A stretch of DNA of 63,237 nt, the filler included, from Rozella allomycis CSF55 (lineage: Eukaryota), in assembly GCA_000442015.1 (NCBI GenBank). It is 5 parts of 5 records of this genome, joined end to end, with 100 filler letters (N's around TTAATTAATTAA, not from the genome) between each part and the next. Parts side by side here need not be neighbours in the genome. Positions count along the whole stretch, not along the records: positions 35,289 to 60,454 come from KE560902.1; 4 more parts are not named here. One strand, given 5' to 3'. The position numbers were made by a program, and so were the translations under genes. The notes below the pieces were generated by a model. It saw only the letters and a program-made list of their open reading frames with translations, was not told the DNA's origin and searched no databases. This document shows positions 37,153 to 48,607 of this stretch, piece by piece (positions within the stretch are counted from its first letter, which is position 1; the number at the start of each line of letters is the position of its first letter).

Positions 37153-38580
37153 ATGAAACTTTTATCAATTCTTATTTGCGCGCCATTGATTCTTTCTCAA
37201 ATTATTCCAGTGGCTGTTGGAACGGCAGCGACAGGAATGGTGGGTGCAGGCGTCGGTATGAATAAGGAGGAACAGCTTCATGAAAAGTACGACGACGTCC
37301 TTAAGAAAGCGGCATCAATGCTTGAGGTTTTAAGAAGGCAAGGGAAAGATATCCAGCAAAACATCGAGGCGGTCGAAAACGTCATAGCAAATTTGAAGGC
37401 TTTACAAGAAAATCCTGAATTAATCCATTCAATGTCTCCAGGAATAGTTGACCCAGGCCAGAAATTTCAGAATGAGCCAAATGCGCAAATGTTACAGACT
37501 GATGAAGGATGGGCTGATGACCAAGAACCATATCCAGAACAACATATGTATATGCAGCATATGAACGACCCTCATTCTAACGAATATCAAGGAGAGAATG
37601 TTGGAAATTGGGACTCAATTAAGGCACCAGACTATTCAAAGGTACATTTAGGGGCAGTCGATAAAAAATCGCAAGCGTTACATGAAGATTCAAGGTTTCA
37701 AGAAAAGTATAATATGTATGGAAATCCTTATGCAAAGTATTATGGAGACTCCAATTACGATAAATATGAAAAATATAACTCTGCACAAAAAGAACAATCT
37801 TATGATGAATATAATAGTCCTTCGGCTATGCATGATGTTCCTAGTCAGTATGATAGCCCTCAGAAGACTGATTACCATTATAACTCTCCATATTTCGGAT
37901 ATGAAAATGAATCAGATGATTTTGGTTCTTCCGATGGTTATGTTCAACAGGTTCCCGTAAGCAAAAATCGTAGCGATACAAAAACTGCCCAAAAGCTTGA
38001 GTCTGGGAGCAAACAAGAGGAAGGGAATCCAGATCCTAAGCAAGTTGTCGATGAGTATTTAGAATCAAAACAGGCTTTTTCGGATCCGGTGGAGACTAAG
38101 CAAGAATCAAAACAAGTCAACGAACCCGTGGAATCAAAGCAGGCAACAGTGGAGAGTAAACAGTATACAGGAAAACAGAACAACGGTGATGCTAATCCCG
38201 AAAAGGTTGCCGCCAAGTTACAACCAGAAGATCCAGAAGTCAATAATTTGTTAAAGTTAGACTTTTTCGGCGGTGTATCTGACAAGTGTCTTACAAATCC
38301 TATTTCCGATATTGCGACGACTAAGTCGACTGAAAAGAAATTCAATACTCAGATCACCAAAGATAGGAAGATCCAGTCTATGAGACTACGTAAAGTTCCA
38401 AAGGACACAACCATTGAATTTCAAGCAGATGAAAAATATGTGGTTAAACTTTTAGTGAAACATGAAATCATTGATGCCAAGATCTGCTCCTTTGATGAAG
38501 CTGATGGTGAAACCATTAAGATTGAAAAATCTGTAGATTCAAAACTTCAAGGTGTTAAAATCCAAATGAATAAAAAGTAA
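37153..38580 (+). CDS. Orphan secreted protein (signal peptide, Gly-rich segment, coiled coil, Tyr-rich and ESKQ-repeat regions)
   Basis: MKLLSILICAPLILSQ; intronless ~475 aa; short repeats (V/Q)E(S/T)KQ. Confidence 0.7.
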   Translation: MKLLSILICAPLILSQIIPVAVGTAATGMVGAGVGMNKEEQLHEKYDDVLKKAASMLEVLRRQGKDIQQNIEAVENVIANLKALQENPELIHSMSPGIVDPGQKFQNEPNAQMLQTDEGWADDQEPYPEQHMYMQHMNDPHSNEYQGENVGNWDSIKAPDYSKVHLGAVDKKSQALHEDSRFQEKYNMYGNPYAKYYGDSNYDKYEKYNSAQKEQSYDEYNSPSAMHDVPSQYDSPQKTDYHYNSPYFGYENESDDFGSSDGYVQQVPVSKNRSDTKTAQKLESGSKQEEGNPDPKQVVDEYLESKQAFSDPVETKQESKQVNEPVESKQATVESKQYTGKQNNGDANPEKVAAKLQPEDPEVNNLLKLDFFGGVSDKCLTNPISDIATTKSTEKKFNTQITKDRKIQSMRLRKVPKDTTIEFQADEKYVVKLLVKHEIIDAKICSFDEADGETIKIEKSVDSKLQGVKIQMNKK

Positions 38581-38696
38581 GCGTTATCTCTAAACTAATT
38601 TTCTTTTTTCTTTACGTTTTTGTTCCAATTGTATCTTAAATTAAATTTTAGAGAATATATCGCATTGTCTGAGCCACAAATTGTAACGTTACCTAA

Positions 38697-40657
38697 ATGA
38701 TAAATGATTTGAGAAAAGCCATATTTCGCCTGGCATTAGCGAAAAGATATTATTCAAACGGAATATTAGATTCAAAAGTTCTTGATAGCAATATGAACAT
38801 GATACAACAAAAATTATTAGATAGCAACATGCGATTTGAACATGGAATTGAATTAATAAGCAAGTCCAAAAATATTGACAGTGAAGTGTTAGTTGAATTT
38901 GTGAAAAGACATAAAACACACCCCAAGTTGCTAGCAGACTTTTTACCTATGCTTGATGGGTTTAAACATAAATATAATGCGAATTTTCTAAATCTTCTGA
39001 TTGGACAAGCTGCTGTGAGGAATCTTAAAGAAGATGTCTTGAGGGTGTACATGAAGTATGATGAATTGAACATCGCGCGGGATCATTATACATACACAAA
39101 ATTAGTTTCATATGCATCTAGAACTAATGACTTGGAATTATGTAAGTTGTTGAACAACGAATTAAAGAATTTGAGCAACCCAAAACTTGAACCAATTTTG
39201 TATTTATTGCTCATGGAAGTTTTCGCTTCGAGAGACAAATGGGACGAAGTGGAAGAGCTGCATAAATTTATCAAAGATTGTGATCGAAACTTAGACTATG
39301 CGAATATTTTAATGAATGCAGTATTTGCAAGTGATAACATCATGACAAAGTATTATAATCTCTACTGGCAGAATGTGAAAAAGGAAAACTTTAATCTTAT
39401 GATTATACTACTAAAGCGCTTCAGAGCAACAAACAATCGACCATTGTTTTTCAAAACGTTTGAAAAGGCAAAAGAACATAAATTTGCCATTCCGTGTAAT
39501 GTCTATGCGCATTGTCTTCATTTATTTGGGGAAACTGATAAACTTTTCAATTATTATCTTGAGATAAGAGAAGATCCCAAAATACAGCCTTTATTCTTTT
39601 CCACAGTTATCAAATGTGTTGCAGAAACAAAGAGATATGAAATAATTGATTATTTGTGTAAAGATTTCAGAAGAAGAAATGATCTTCTTACTGATTCTCA
39701 TGTCATAAAAGCTTTGGAGATTCTATCGTCAGATAAAGATGTAAATTTGCCCGTCGATATCGCTCAGAATACAGATGCAGATTTGGACACTGAAATTTTT
39801 AACTTGTTAAATGAAACAGAAGAAGATAAAGTAAATAACATCACAAAGGATATTGACTCGGCGTTGAGCAAATTTTATCACATGCTTAAGAACGGGAAGA
39901 TACCAAATAAGACTAGCTGTGTTTTACTATTGAGTCATTTATCACGTGATCCTGAAAAGCATTCAGAATTTAAGAAAGTATTTAAAGTATTTGAAGATCA
40001 AAAATATGATTATTCACCACCTGTCTATGTAATTCTGTTCTCAGTTTTTGGCCGGTCAAAGGATCTAGCTTCGACAAAAAATACTTTTGAAAATTTTATC
40101 AAAGCATTTAAGACTGGCCATTACAGCGTTCTCTTCGCAGCCATNTTCTCTGCGCAGCCATGCACAGTTTTCTATTATGTCAAGATCACGAATCTGTCCT
40201 GAAAGTCTTTGAAGAAATAAAAAATAGGCAATTAAACATAGATAAAGTCGTTGTAAACTATATCTTCACTTCTATATTCAAATCCAATCCTGATGAGGTA
40301 GTGGAACAAGTTGAATATTACCATGAACAATTCCTGAAGCTTAATCTGAACAAGCAGGATTTGTTTTATGAAACAATTAAGTTTTATTTCGCAAGTGGTC
40401 ATTTTGAAGAAGCATGGGCATTGTACGAAGATAATTTTATTCATNCATGGGCACTGTACGGAGATAATTTTATTCATGACTCACAATACTTAGAGTTTGG
40501 TGTCCTCATGCTCAGGAAGAAACGCAAATTTGAATTCTTTGAAAGGTTTTTAGCAATTACAAATGGTGACTTTAAAGGAATTTCATTGAAGTCATTCTTA
40601 GATTTGAAAAAGATGGGGCGATCTTTAGGCATTGACACAAATTACTTTAAAAGATAA
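38697..40657 (+). CDS. PPR-like helical-repeat protein, probably mitochondrial (frame broken at n 40145)
   Basis: Presequence-like RKAIFRLALAKRYYS; PPR-like units DHYTYTKLVSYASR, PNKTSCVLLLSHLSR, PPVYVILFSVFGRSKD. Confidence 0.65.
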
Positions 40658-40755
40658 ACTATATTTTATATTACAAATTTTTTCTCTTTATTTTCTCTTA
40701 TTACGGTTTGCATGTCTATGAGTTCCTTTTAAACTTTCTAAAATTAGAGGTTCTC

Positions 40756-41673
40756 ATGGCAAATGCATCTAGCAACTCAGATTTGAATCAATCGAATTCT
40801 GGTCTAGACGATAAAATTTGTCGAATATGTTTATCGACTTTTATTCAATCCCCGGGTTCCAAGCCAAAGCATAAACGCCGCTCATTTTTACATGCTATGA
40901 ACATGGAGAACGGTCAAGAGCTGATATCACCTTGTAAATGTAAAGGTACGATGAAATATGTTCACAGGGCCTGCCTTCAACATTGGCGGGTATCAAGTTT
41001 TAGAAAAGAAAGCTTCTATAAGTGCGAACAATGTCAAACGAGATATATATTCAAAGAATCAAAACTAGCAAAATATTTAGACTCGAATTCTTCAGTTTAT
41101 GGGATCGCTTTTGTGTTAGTAATTTTGGTGTACATAGTGTTTGTGGTTTCGTTTGTTTTATTGCAAACATACGTCATCGATGTAATAGAATCAGATGATG
41201 CAAAGATTATTTGTAATAACAGCGTATTATCAAATTCCGATTACGACGGACGAAATAATAATGACTCAAAGCATACATCTTTATTGACGAGTTGGATGAC
41301 TGAAAAACTGTACTTGCACCTTCAAATATCAAAAATATGGTGTACAATGATGAAATACTCTCCAAGTTTTGCCTCCAGATTAATGGAATACATATTATTA
41401 TACTCTCATGCGCTATTCTTTGGCTTATGTCTGCTGTCGTCATTTGTATTTGTTTTCCTGCTGCCCTCATTCAATATGGTTTTTAATGTACTCTTCACAG
41501 TTTGGAGAATATGGAGATATCAATATGTTATAGATATGATTGCCATGTTTTTGTTTTCTCTAATCGCTATTGTCCAATTGGTTTGGTTTTTTCACATGAA
41601 TGTTACCAGCTGGATGCATATTCTTGTTCAAAAGTTAATTGGAGATGTCCAAGAGTACAAAGGTGATGAATAA
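40756..41673 (+). CDS. MARCH-type RING-CH E3 ubiquitin ligase with TM segments
   Basis: CRICL...LISPCKCKGTMKYVHRACLQHW...CEQC followed by hydrophobic helices. Confidence 0.88.
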   Translation: MANASSNSDLNQSNSGLDDKICRICLSTFIQSPGSKPKHKRRSFLHAMNMENGQELISPCKCKGTMKYVHRACLQHWRVSSFRKESFYKCEQCQTRYIFKESKLAKYLDSNSSVYGIAFVLVILVYIVFVVSFVLLQTYVIDVIESDDAKIICNNSVLSNSDYDGRNNNDSKHTSLLTSWMTEKLYLHLQISKIWCTMMKYSPSFASRLMEYILLYSHALFFGLCLLSSFVFVFLLPSFNMVFNVLFTVWRIWRYQYVIDMIAMFLFSLIAIVQLVWFFHMNVTSWMHILVQKLIGDVQEYKGDE

Positions 41674-41694
41674 ATATTTTTGTGGCAATGCCCT

Positions 41695-42394
41695 TTAGTT
41701 TATTTTGCTTTGAATGAATTGTACCAGGTCTTCCAATTCCCTATCATCACAAGAATGAGGAAGACCAGGATAATCTTTGAAAGTGCTATATTTGAGACCC
41801 TTTGATGCCAAAATTGAGTGACTTTCTCTTCCCCATTGGAAGGGCACTACTGGATCGTGCGTCCCATGGCCCATGAACAGCGGTGTATCTGAATTTGCAA
41901 CAGCAGTTAACTTTTTTCGCATAGGAAGGAAACCGGATAACGCAATTACCCCATCAACTTTTAAATCAGTTTGATGAGCTAATGCATATAATGAAACGGC
42001 TGCACCCTGCGAGAACCCTTAACAAAAGACAAAAGTAACACTTACCACCAATAAATAAGCGTCCCGAAAATTGTTCCTTTTCTTTCTTTATCAATTCCAT
42101 GAGATCAGTAACGGATCTTTTCAAACCTACTTCATCTTCACGTTCTTCATTGGGATCAAGACTAACAATATCAAACCAAGATTCAACTTTTGAGCCACCT
42201 GCTATAGTTACTTTCATAATCGGTCTATTAAACTAAAGCTATTCCATTTACGACAAAGGCATCACAAATTTTACGTGTGGTAGGCGCTGCGAAAGCATTT
42301 TAAAAGTCATAAACCAGCCATTTCCATGATCACCCAAACCGTGAAGGAATATTACAGTAGCATTATGAGTTGCCTGGGGAGAAATTACGAACAT
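41695..42394 (-). CDS. Acyl-protein thioesterase 1 / lysophospholipase (multi-exon)
   Basis: MFVISPQATHNATVIFLHGLGDHGNGW; SWFDI; G|GFSQGA; PLFMGHGTHDPVVP; YPGLPHS. Confidence 0.92.
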
Positions 42395-42422
42395 GTGGCT
42401 TGCCGCTGGTAGATGTTGTCCA

Positions 42423-43883
42423 ATGAACTGCAGATTAGTTCACCAAATAGTTAGGCACTTACATAAAAAGAAGCATAAAGTACAACAGAATTTAGAAAAC
42501 ATGGTTATTGTTCCAAAGACGAGGACAAAAGATATCTATGCGAATACAATTGTTAATTTTGAGCAACTAGATATATCTGAGAATGTCAGGAATGAATTGT
42601 CGAAAAATATATTAAAGGATGGTCTGTACTTGTCAACATGTGAGTTGTTGAACAAGGTTAATGATATCTTTCCATCGATTTGTTTTAAGGGGATCAAAAG
42701 TGAGAAAGATCCGAATTGGCTATATTCAACAATTGCATCATTCCTTTTTGTAAGATTAAACCGGAGTCCACATGAAAAATGGATTGTTATTCTTAAAAGA
42801 GAATCCGAAATAGAAAAACTGAAAACTGAATTGATTGGAGTATTGTATCCATTTAGAATAGAAACCTATCCAATATTGTTTGAGGAATACTCTAATCAAC
42901 ATAGCGTATTCATCACAAATTCTATAGAAGCAATATACTATCAAAACTATTTTGGGACTATTCATGTTGATGTGGAAGAAAAGAATTTACCGTCGATTGC
43001 TACGAATATAAGATTTGAGGAAGATTTGAATCTAATCAACTTTTCGTTCCGCGACTTATTTGAACTAAAGAAACGGCAACTCGATTTGACTGTCCACAAT
43101 TACTTTATGATTCATCACGCCAATGTGCCTGAATTTATAAAAGAAATTATATCTGATCACATTTTGGATCATGAGAAGGTTGTATTATTTTCAAAACTAC
43201 ATAATGAATCAAACTTCAATTATGATCATTATTTTATCGATGAATCTGACAAGGATTGGGAAATGAAAATAAAGAGATTTTATGATGAAAAGAAGAAATG
43301 TATTTTAGTTTTAAACAGTGAAAATCATTTGCATCTATTGAAGGATAATTCCATTTTGATTGATTTTAATCATTTTTGCTATAAACATGAAAATAGAACC
43401 ATTCGTCGGATATCTTTGATTAGTTACGTTAAAAATGTCTATAAAGTTAATTATTCGAGCGTTCCTGGCTTTTCAGTTCTGAATTGTCACAAAGGGTTCG
43501 TTTCTTGTAAGATTATATGTCACCATGAATCTTACATTCCAATTGTTAAAAAGGTTATTCATAAAAGATACAAGGTTACTTTCTACAACTATCAAAGACC
43601 TTTGGATTTCTTTGTAAATCTTCCAGAGAGTTGGCAGGAAACCAAATTCTATGAAGAATTATCGCCATTTGCATCAATTGAAGAAATTAGGTCAATTCAT
43701 TCGTCAGAGATAAATCCAAAGATTATTAAACAAGATTATAAAGGGCATTTTATCAATGATAGAGCTCACGTAGGATTTAGTTTTGATAGACGAGATATTC
43801 GAGGTCGACATCTGCATGACCCTGAGTATGGCCTGAATGTTTCAGAAATGGCAGCCCCAGGGTTGAAAAGAATCTATAAATGA
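42423..43883 (+). CDS. Hypothetical protein, possibly degenerate DEAD-box-helicase-like fold, putatively mitochondrial
   Basis: Long intronless ORF; presequence-like MNCRLVHQIVRHLHKKK; FEQLDISENVRNEL resembles the pre-Q segment; no Walker A or DEAD motif. Confidence 0.5.
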   Translation: MNCRLVHQIVRHLHKKKHKVQQNLENMVIVPKTRTKDIYANTIVNFEQLDISENVRNELSKNILKDGLYLSTCELLNKVNDIFPSICFKGIKSEKDPNWLYSTIASFLFVRLNRSPHEKWIVILKRESEIEKLKTELIGVLYPFRIETYPILFEEYSNQHSVFITNSIEAIYYQNYFGTIHVDVEEKNLPSIATNIRFEEDLNLINFSFRDLFELKKRQLDLTVHNYFMIHHANVPEFIKEIISDHILDHEKVVLFSKLHNESNFNYDHYFIDESDKDWEMKIKRFYDEKKKCILVLNSENHLHLLKDNSILIDFNHFCYKHENRTIRRISLISYVKNVYKVNYSSVPGFSVLNCHKGFVSCKIICHHESYIPIVKKVIHKRYKVTFYNYQRPLDFFVNLPESWQETKFYEELSPFASIEEIRSIHSSEINPKIIKQDYKGHFINDRAHVGFSFDRRDIRGRHLHDPEYGLNVSEMAAPGLKRIYK

Positions 43884-43898
43884 TTTTAAATAAAATAT

Positions 43899-45218
43899 TT
43901 ATTTAAAATATATAAAATTATTCTGGAACAAATGAGCCCTAAGATATAGTTTGTGTGCCAGATTGTAATCATCAGACTCTGGACTCAATTTATCAATAAC
44001 CGATTGTTTCATAATCATTGCAGTTCTTTTTTGATTTTCTATTGTCTTATAATTCTTTAAAAAATCTTCATACGCTAAAATCGCTTCTTTATATTTTTCA
44101 AACTCTGCCAAGAATTCAAGGCGTTGCTCAAACACATCTTGGTCTTTTCTAAGATTTTCATCCAGAGAATTATAAAATGATTCAAACGATTTCTCATCTT
44201 TATGCGTTCTGCTCAATTTCAGGTAAATTAAGACAAATTCCTTGTCGCGTGCCATATTTTCATTTTCACAAGTACTTTGGCAAATCCCCCATGCCTCTTC
44301 ATTCTTCTCTGCTTCCATCAAATAATTCAAAACAATTTTAGTCAATTCCACTGTCTTCTCTTGGCATTCTTTAAAAACACTCATCATCAAACTATAATCA
44401 TAAATTCTATTCGCATAATGAATATATGCAGTGTAAACATAATTATTAAATTTATAACCCTTATTTTTATATTCTTCCAGGCAATCTTCAAATTTTGATT
44501 TGTTGCCCGCCATCGCATATACCTTTAACAAAGTTGCATGACCATCGGCTGTCTGTTGGATCCCAGCTCTCATCATATCTCTAATACCTTCTTCAGTAAG
44601 CAAAACATTCCCTTTGGATGCAAATTTGTCTAGATAAAATGTAAAATCCTGTTCAGTCTTTAAACGTGTAGCCTCCCTCTCAGCTTGGTACATTTCAATG
44701 ACATCAAACATGGCATCAGCTGCATAAAATGCATTGGCGACTTTATGCTTCAGCTCTTTGCTTATTTCAACACCTTGCCTTTTCTGAGAATCTTCGTAAA
44801 CAACTCCTAGCAAGTTCACGTCGCCCTTTAAAGTCAATACATGCAACAACCGATGGTACAATTGATTCCATTCATTATTTCCAAAAGTGTTGCCGCCAGA
44901 AGATAAATCTAACTTTATCATATTTACATACGCGTCCCTGATTTCTGATACTGGAGCTGTTTGCCAATGTTGACAGTGGAACTTTGTTAATAGATGATAC
45001 ACTTCCAGCTCATGTTTATTATTTCTAAAATTAGCTTCCTTTGTAACTCTAAGGAATGCAGCCTTGTCTTCCAATGGTATTGCTGAAAGCCTTTGAAAAT
45101 AGTTCACTTTCTCAGCTACTGGTAGCTCATGAAGAATGGTAGCAGAATTTCTTTTTAATACCAATGGTAATGTCCTCTTAGAGGCATTTACAAGACTAAA
45201 ATATAACCTATTTGACAT
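43899..45218 (-). CDS. PPR-like protein, probably mitochondrial
   Basis: Presequence-like N-terminus; FTFYLDKFASKGNV..MMRAGI, HATLLKVYAMAGN, YVYTAYIHYA units. Confidence 0.7.
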   Translation of the reverse strand: MSNRLYFSLVNASKRTLPLVLKRNSATILHELPVAEKVNYFQRLSAIPLEDKAAFLRVTKEANFRNNKHELEVYHLLTKFHCQHWQTAPVSEIRDAYVNMIKLDLSSGGNTFGNNEWNQLYHRLLHVLTLKGDVNLLGVVYEDSQKRQGVEISKELKHKVANAFYAADAMFDVIEMYQAEREATRLKTEQDFTFYLDKFASKGNVLLTEEGIRDMMRAGIQQTADGHATLLKVYAMAGNKSKFEDCLEEYKNKGYKFNNYVYTAYIHYANRIYDYSLMMSVFKECQEKTVELTKIVLNYLMEAEKNEEAWGICQSTCENENMARDKEFVLIYLKLSRTHKDEKSFESFYNSLDENLRKDQDVFEQRLEFLAEFEKYKEAILAYEDFLKNYKTIENQKRTAMIMKQSVIDKLSPESDDYNLAHKLYLRAHLFQNNFIYFK

Positions 45219-45283
45219 CTTATAGAAATTGAAAAGTCTTAATTTGGTAATTGAAATTAGTTTTTATGAAAACACAAATTTAT

Positions 45284-47272
45284 TTAATTAAGAGAATTAT
45301 TTGAAACATCAAAATGGTTATCGCCTTGATTAATTTGGAGAGAGTGACTACCTGCAAGTTCCAAGACTTCAATTTCCAAATCCATGTCATTCAATTCTCT
45401 AGCCTTATCCAATAATTTAAGGGCCATTGATTGAACAGAATCAGTGCTACCTTGTGTTTTTAAGAAAGAAGACAGTAATTCAATACACTTGGACAAATTT
45501 TGCTTTAAAAAGTAGAAATTGAAGAAGGCTTCGTAGACTGAAAGATTTTGACTAGGTACAACCTTTAATAAAGCAAATGTCTCGTCAATCCAAGAAATGT
45601 TTTCAGATTTCTCAGCAGCTGCTATTAAACCCATCACAGGATTGATATTATTTAATAGCTTTCCATCATTGTTGTGGTCAACCCATATTTTCCATACTCT
45701 TTCATATTTTCCCATTAATGCATACGACTCCATAGCTGTTGAGATAATAAGAGGCTTCACTTCATTATTCTTTGCAAAAGAATGAAAAATGTCGTTCAAT
45801 TTCGTTTCCTTCATTAATTTACTGCAAGCTATCATGTAAATGCAAACTGATTTGATTGTAATGTCCACTTTGTCTTTATTCTCATCATAAAATTCCATTA
45901 TTTCTTTAAATTTTTCTGCTTGAGCGCATGCTTTAAAGTATGCTTCAATCGCATTTCTGTCCAAATATGATTTGCCCTGAATTAGAAATGAGTTAATTAT
46001 ATCAAGAGCTTCTTCTGATCTCCCAGCATCTTTGAGAGAATTGAATAGACTTAAAAGACATTTGGAATCGAATAGCCTTAATTCTTCCTTTGAGAAATTC
46101 ACCAATTCACCAAACTTTGAATTCTTATGAAAACATTCAATCATTGAATTGATCGTCTTTGCATTCAATTCGTACATTGACTTTTTAGAAAAGTGTGCAC
46201 TTGACTTCAATTGTTGCAGTTCTTTATATATTTCAATCATTTCTTCAAAATAGTTCATAGAAGCCAATCCTTGTATGTAAACGTTAAAGGTAGTCCCAAC
46301 CTCATCTTTGTCGGTTCTTTTCGATACACATGAATCAAAATGAGATTTCATTGAGGAGTAATCTTTCAATTCTGCAAATAGTTTCATCATGATAGCGTGC
46401 GTGTAAAAGTTTGTCTCGAATTCATTGTCTTTCGCCTCTTCATAAAGAATTCTAGCTTTTTCATAATTTTTATTTAAAACATTATAGTTTATTAAAATGT
46501 TGAAAGTAGAAATGTCGGGGTTAAATTTCAAATTTCTCATTTCATCAATCAACACCTCAATTTCTGCATCCTTATTTCTTTCGGAATAAGCACTCAACAT
46601 CATATTAAATATTTTTATAGTTGGATGGATATCTTCTGACTTCATCTTTTCAAATAGATCTCGCATTTCTTCAAATTTTCCCAATTTGCCATAAGAATTG
46701 ATCAATATCGCAAATGTTTCCTTGTCATACTTCAGTTTTGTTCTTTCAAACAATTCCAAACATTTATCAAAATGAGTCCTTTGCTTCCTTGCAAACGAAA
46801 CCACAAGAATGTAATTTAGTACATTAGTCGTCAAAAATGACTCTTCGTTTAATATAGAATCTACTAAAGAAAAGAATTTAGCATTATTAACATGTGCAGA
46901 TAAAAACCGGGTTGCCATCTCTTGCCTGATTGGTTGCACCTCAATTTCCTTTAAAATTTCTAAACCAAGGCTCACAAATTTCGAGCTTCGGAGAGTAACT
47001 ATCTTTTTCAATTCTTGTCTACTTAAAGATTTCACTCTCTCTTTAAATAGTCTTATACTGGTCGCGTGAAGGCCGTTCAATTCACTCACGATTTCAGTAA
47101 TGTGATCGGGAGTTTGTAATTCCAATTTTGGACCTGGTCTGGATATTCCCACACGCGGAAGATGTACTGAGAATTGTCGCGTTGATTGAAATCCAATTGG
47201 GTTTCTTAAACTAAGTGCCAATTTGGAAAGAAACATTCGTGGCTTGTTCTTTATCGAATGATGAAGATGCAA
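45284..47272 (-). CDS. Pentatricopeptide repeat protein, mitochondrial (likely start at MFLSKL)
   Basis: Canonical ~35-aa PPRs: TFAILINSYGKLGKFEEMRDLFEKMKSEDIHP, IFNMMLSAYSERNK..EMRNLKFNP, TFNILIN. Confidence 0.9.
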   Translation of the reverse strand: MHLHHSIKNKPRMFLSKLALSLRNPIGFQSTRQFSVHLPRVGISRPGPKLELQTPDHITEIVSELNGLHATSIRLFKERVKSLSRQELKKIVTLRSSKFVSLGLEILKEIEVQPIRQEMATRFLSAHVNNAKFFSLVDSILNEESFLTTNVLNYILVVSFARKQRTHFDKCLELFERTKLKYDKETFAILINSYGKLGKFEEMRDLFEKMKSEDIHPTIKIFNMMLSAYSERNKDAEIEVLIDEMRNLKFNPDISTFNILINYNVLNKNYEKARILYEEAKDNEFETNFYTHAIMMKLFAELKDYSSMKSHFDSCVSKRTDKDEVGTTFNVYIQGLASMNYFEEMIEIYKELQQLKSSAHFSKKSMYELNAKTINSMIECFHKNSKFGELVNFSKEELRLFDSKCLLSLFNSLKDAGRSEEALDIINSFLIQGKSYLDRNAIEAYFKACAQAEKFKEIMEFYDENKDKVDITIKSVCIYMIACSKLMKETKLNDIFHSFAKNNEVKPLIISTAMESYALMGKYERVWKIWVDHNNDGKLLNNINPVMGLIAAAEKSENISWIDETFALLKVVPSQNLSVYEAFFNFYFLKQNLSKCIELLSSFLKTQGSTDSVQSMALKLLDKARELNDMDLEIEVLELAGSHSLQINQGDNHFDVSNNSLN

Positions 47273-47476
47273 AGTAAATAAATTCTTTTTTAATAATAGA
47301 ATTCTTTGGGGGCAATTTCATAAAAGTATCAATTTTAATGGAAAGGGAACAAAAATCATGGGATGGCAAATGCAAAAATCATATCATGATATATGTATTA
47401 ATTATATTGCTACTTGGCGAAAATGAAACTTTAATATGTAAATACTGTGACTTGTAAGAAATTGCACAAGCCACTG

Positions 47477-48573
47477 ATGACAGTACCACTAAAGGGCGAT
47501 GTGTCTTCTTCGTCTGAATTGACACCAATGACTATTCAAGTTGAAGTTAAAGACACAGTTTATTCCATTAAAGTTAAAGTACTCATATGAAATTTTAGTT
47601 TTGCAGGAATGTGGCAATTGTAGAGAAATTTCAAGAAATGGCCAGCAATTTACCTCCTTATTGTATCAAATTAAAAAGGAAAATAAATGGGTCACACTTC
47701 CATCAATAAATTTCAAAAAGACACAAGATGGTGAAGTTGTTCGCCTAATATTGCGGTGGATTTCAACACACCCAATACTCAAAGAAAAAGGCTATTTAGA
47801 TACTTTTTTGAGTTCAGATTATGTATTGCTAACTATTTGTATTAATTAGACAGCAGAAACAAGGTTGTCGAAGCCAATAACAGCAAAGGAAACAAAAAAC
47901 GAGGGGGCCTTTTTGTCCATGTACATGGAAGCCGAAAATTACTTGTACTATCTTGCATTCTTGGTGGAAGCGACAAATAAATTTCAAAATGCATACATAG
48001 GTAATATCTAATACTAATTAAGACAGACTATTTTCAAAAAATGGAGTTTTTGATTGATTCATCAAAATCAGTTTGCAACAATTTTGATTGCCTGATGTGG
48101 AAAGATCAATGGATCGTTTATAGCGAATATTTAAACAATGGTCCATATGGATTAAGAAATGAGGTAACAATATCTTTAACATACAAAAGTTACAAACAAA
48201 TTTTAGCAAGTTGTTTTCATCTTGGAAAATGGCTGATATGATAACTAACGGATTTCAAGAAATTATAAAAGAGAGGGGGGCTTTGAAAGAACAGCTTGAA
48301 CTTCATAAGCAACGACGAATGAAAAAGGATGAAGCTGTTTCAAAGATGAAAATGAAAGGCGGGTCATCTAGATNGCAAGCAGTGGAGTTGGAAGAAGAAT
48401 TAAGTTGTTCGTTTAATTGTGCCAATAACTCGATTATGCGTGAATGTGACCGATATAAAATGCACAGGGGCGATCTAATTCAAATTCAACTAGGAGACTA
48501 CATTTCACAGGTACTAGAGATAGAAGAGACATACTTAAAATCTCTAGAGAGAGCCATTTCTTTAATAAACTAA
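47477..48573 (+). CDS. Divergent PX(-BAR) sorting-nexin-like protein (multi-exon)
   Basis: ISRNGQQFTSLLYQI..VTLPSI..LRWISTHPILK..LDTFL resembles a PX domain; helical C-terminal half. Confidence 0.45.
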
Positions 48574-48607
48574 TTTATTTCTACGTTTGCAATGGTATAT
48601 GCATTTC

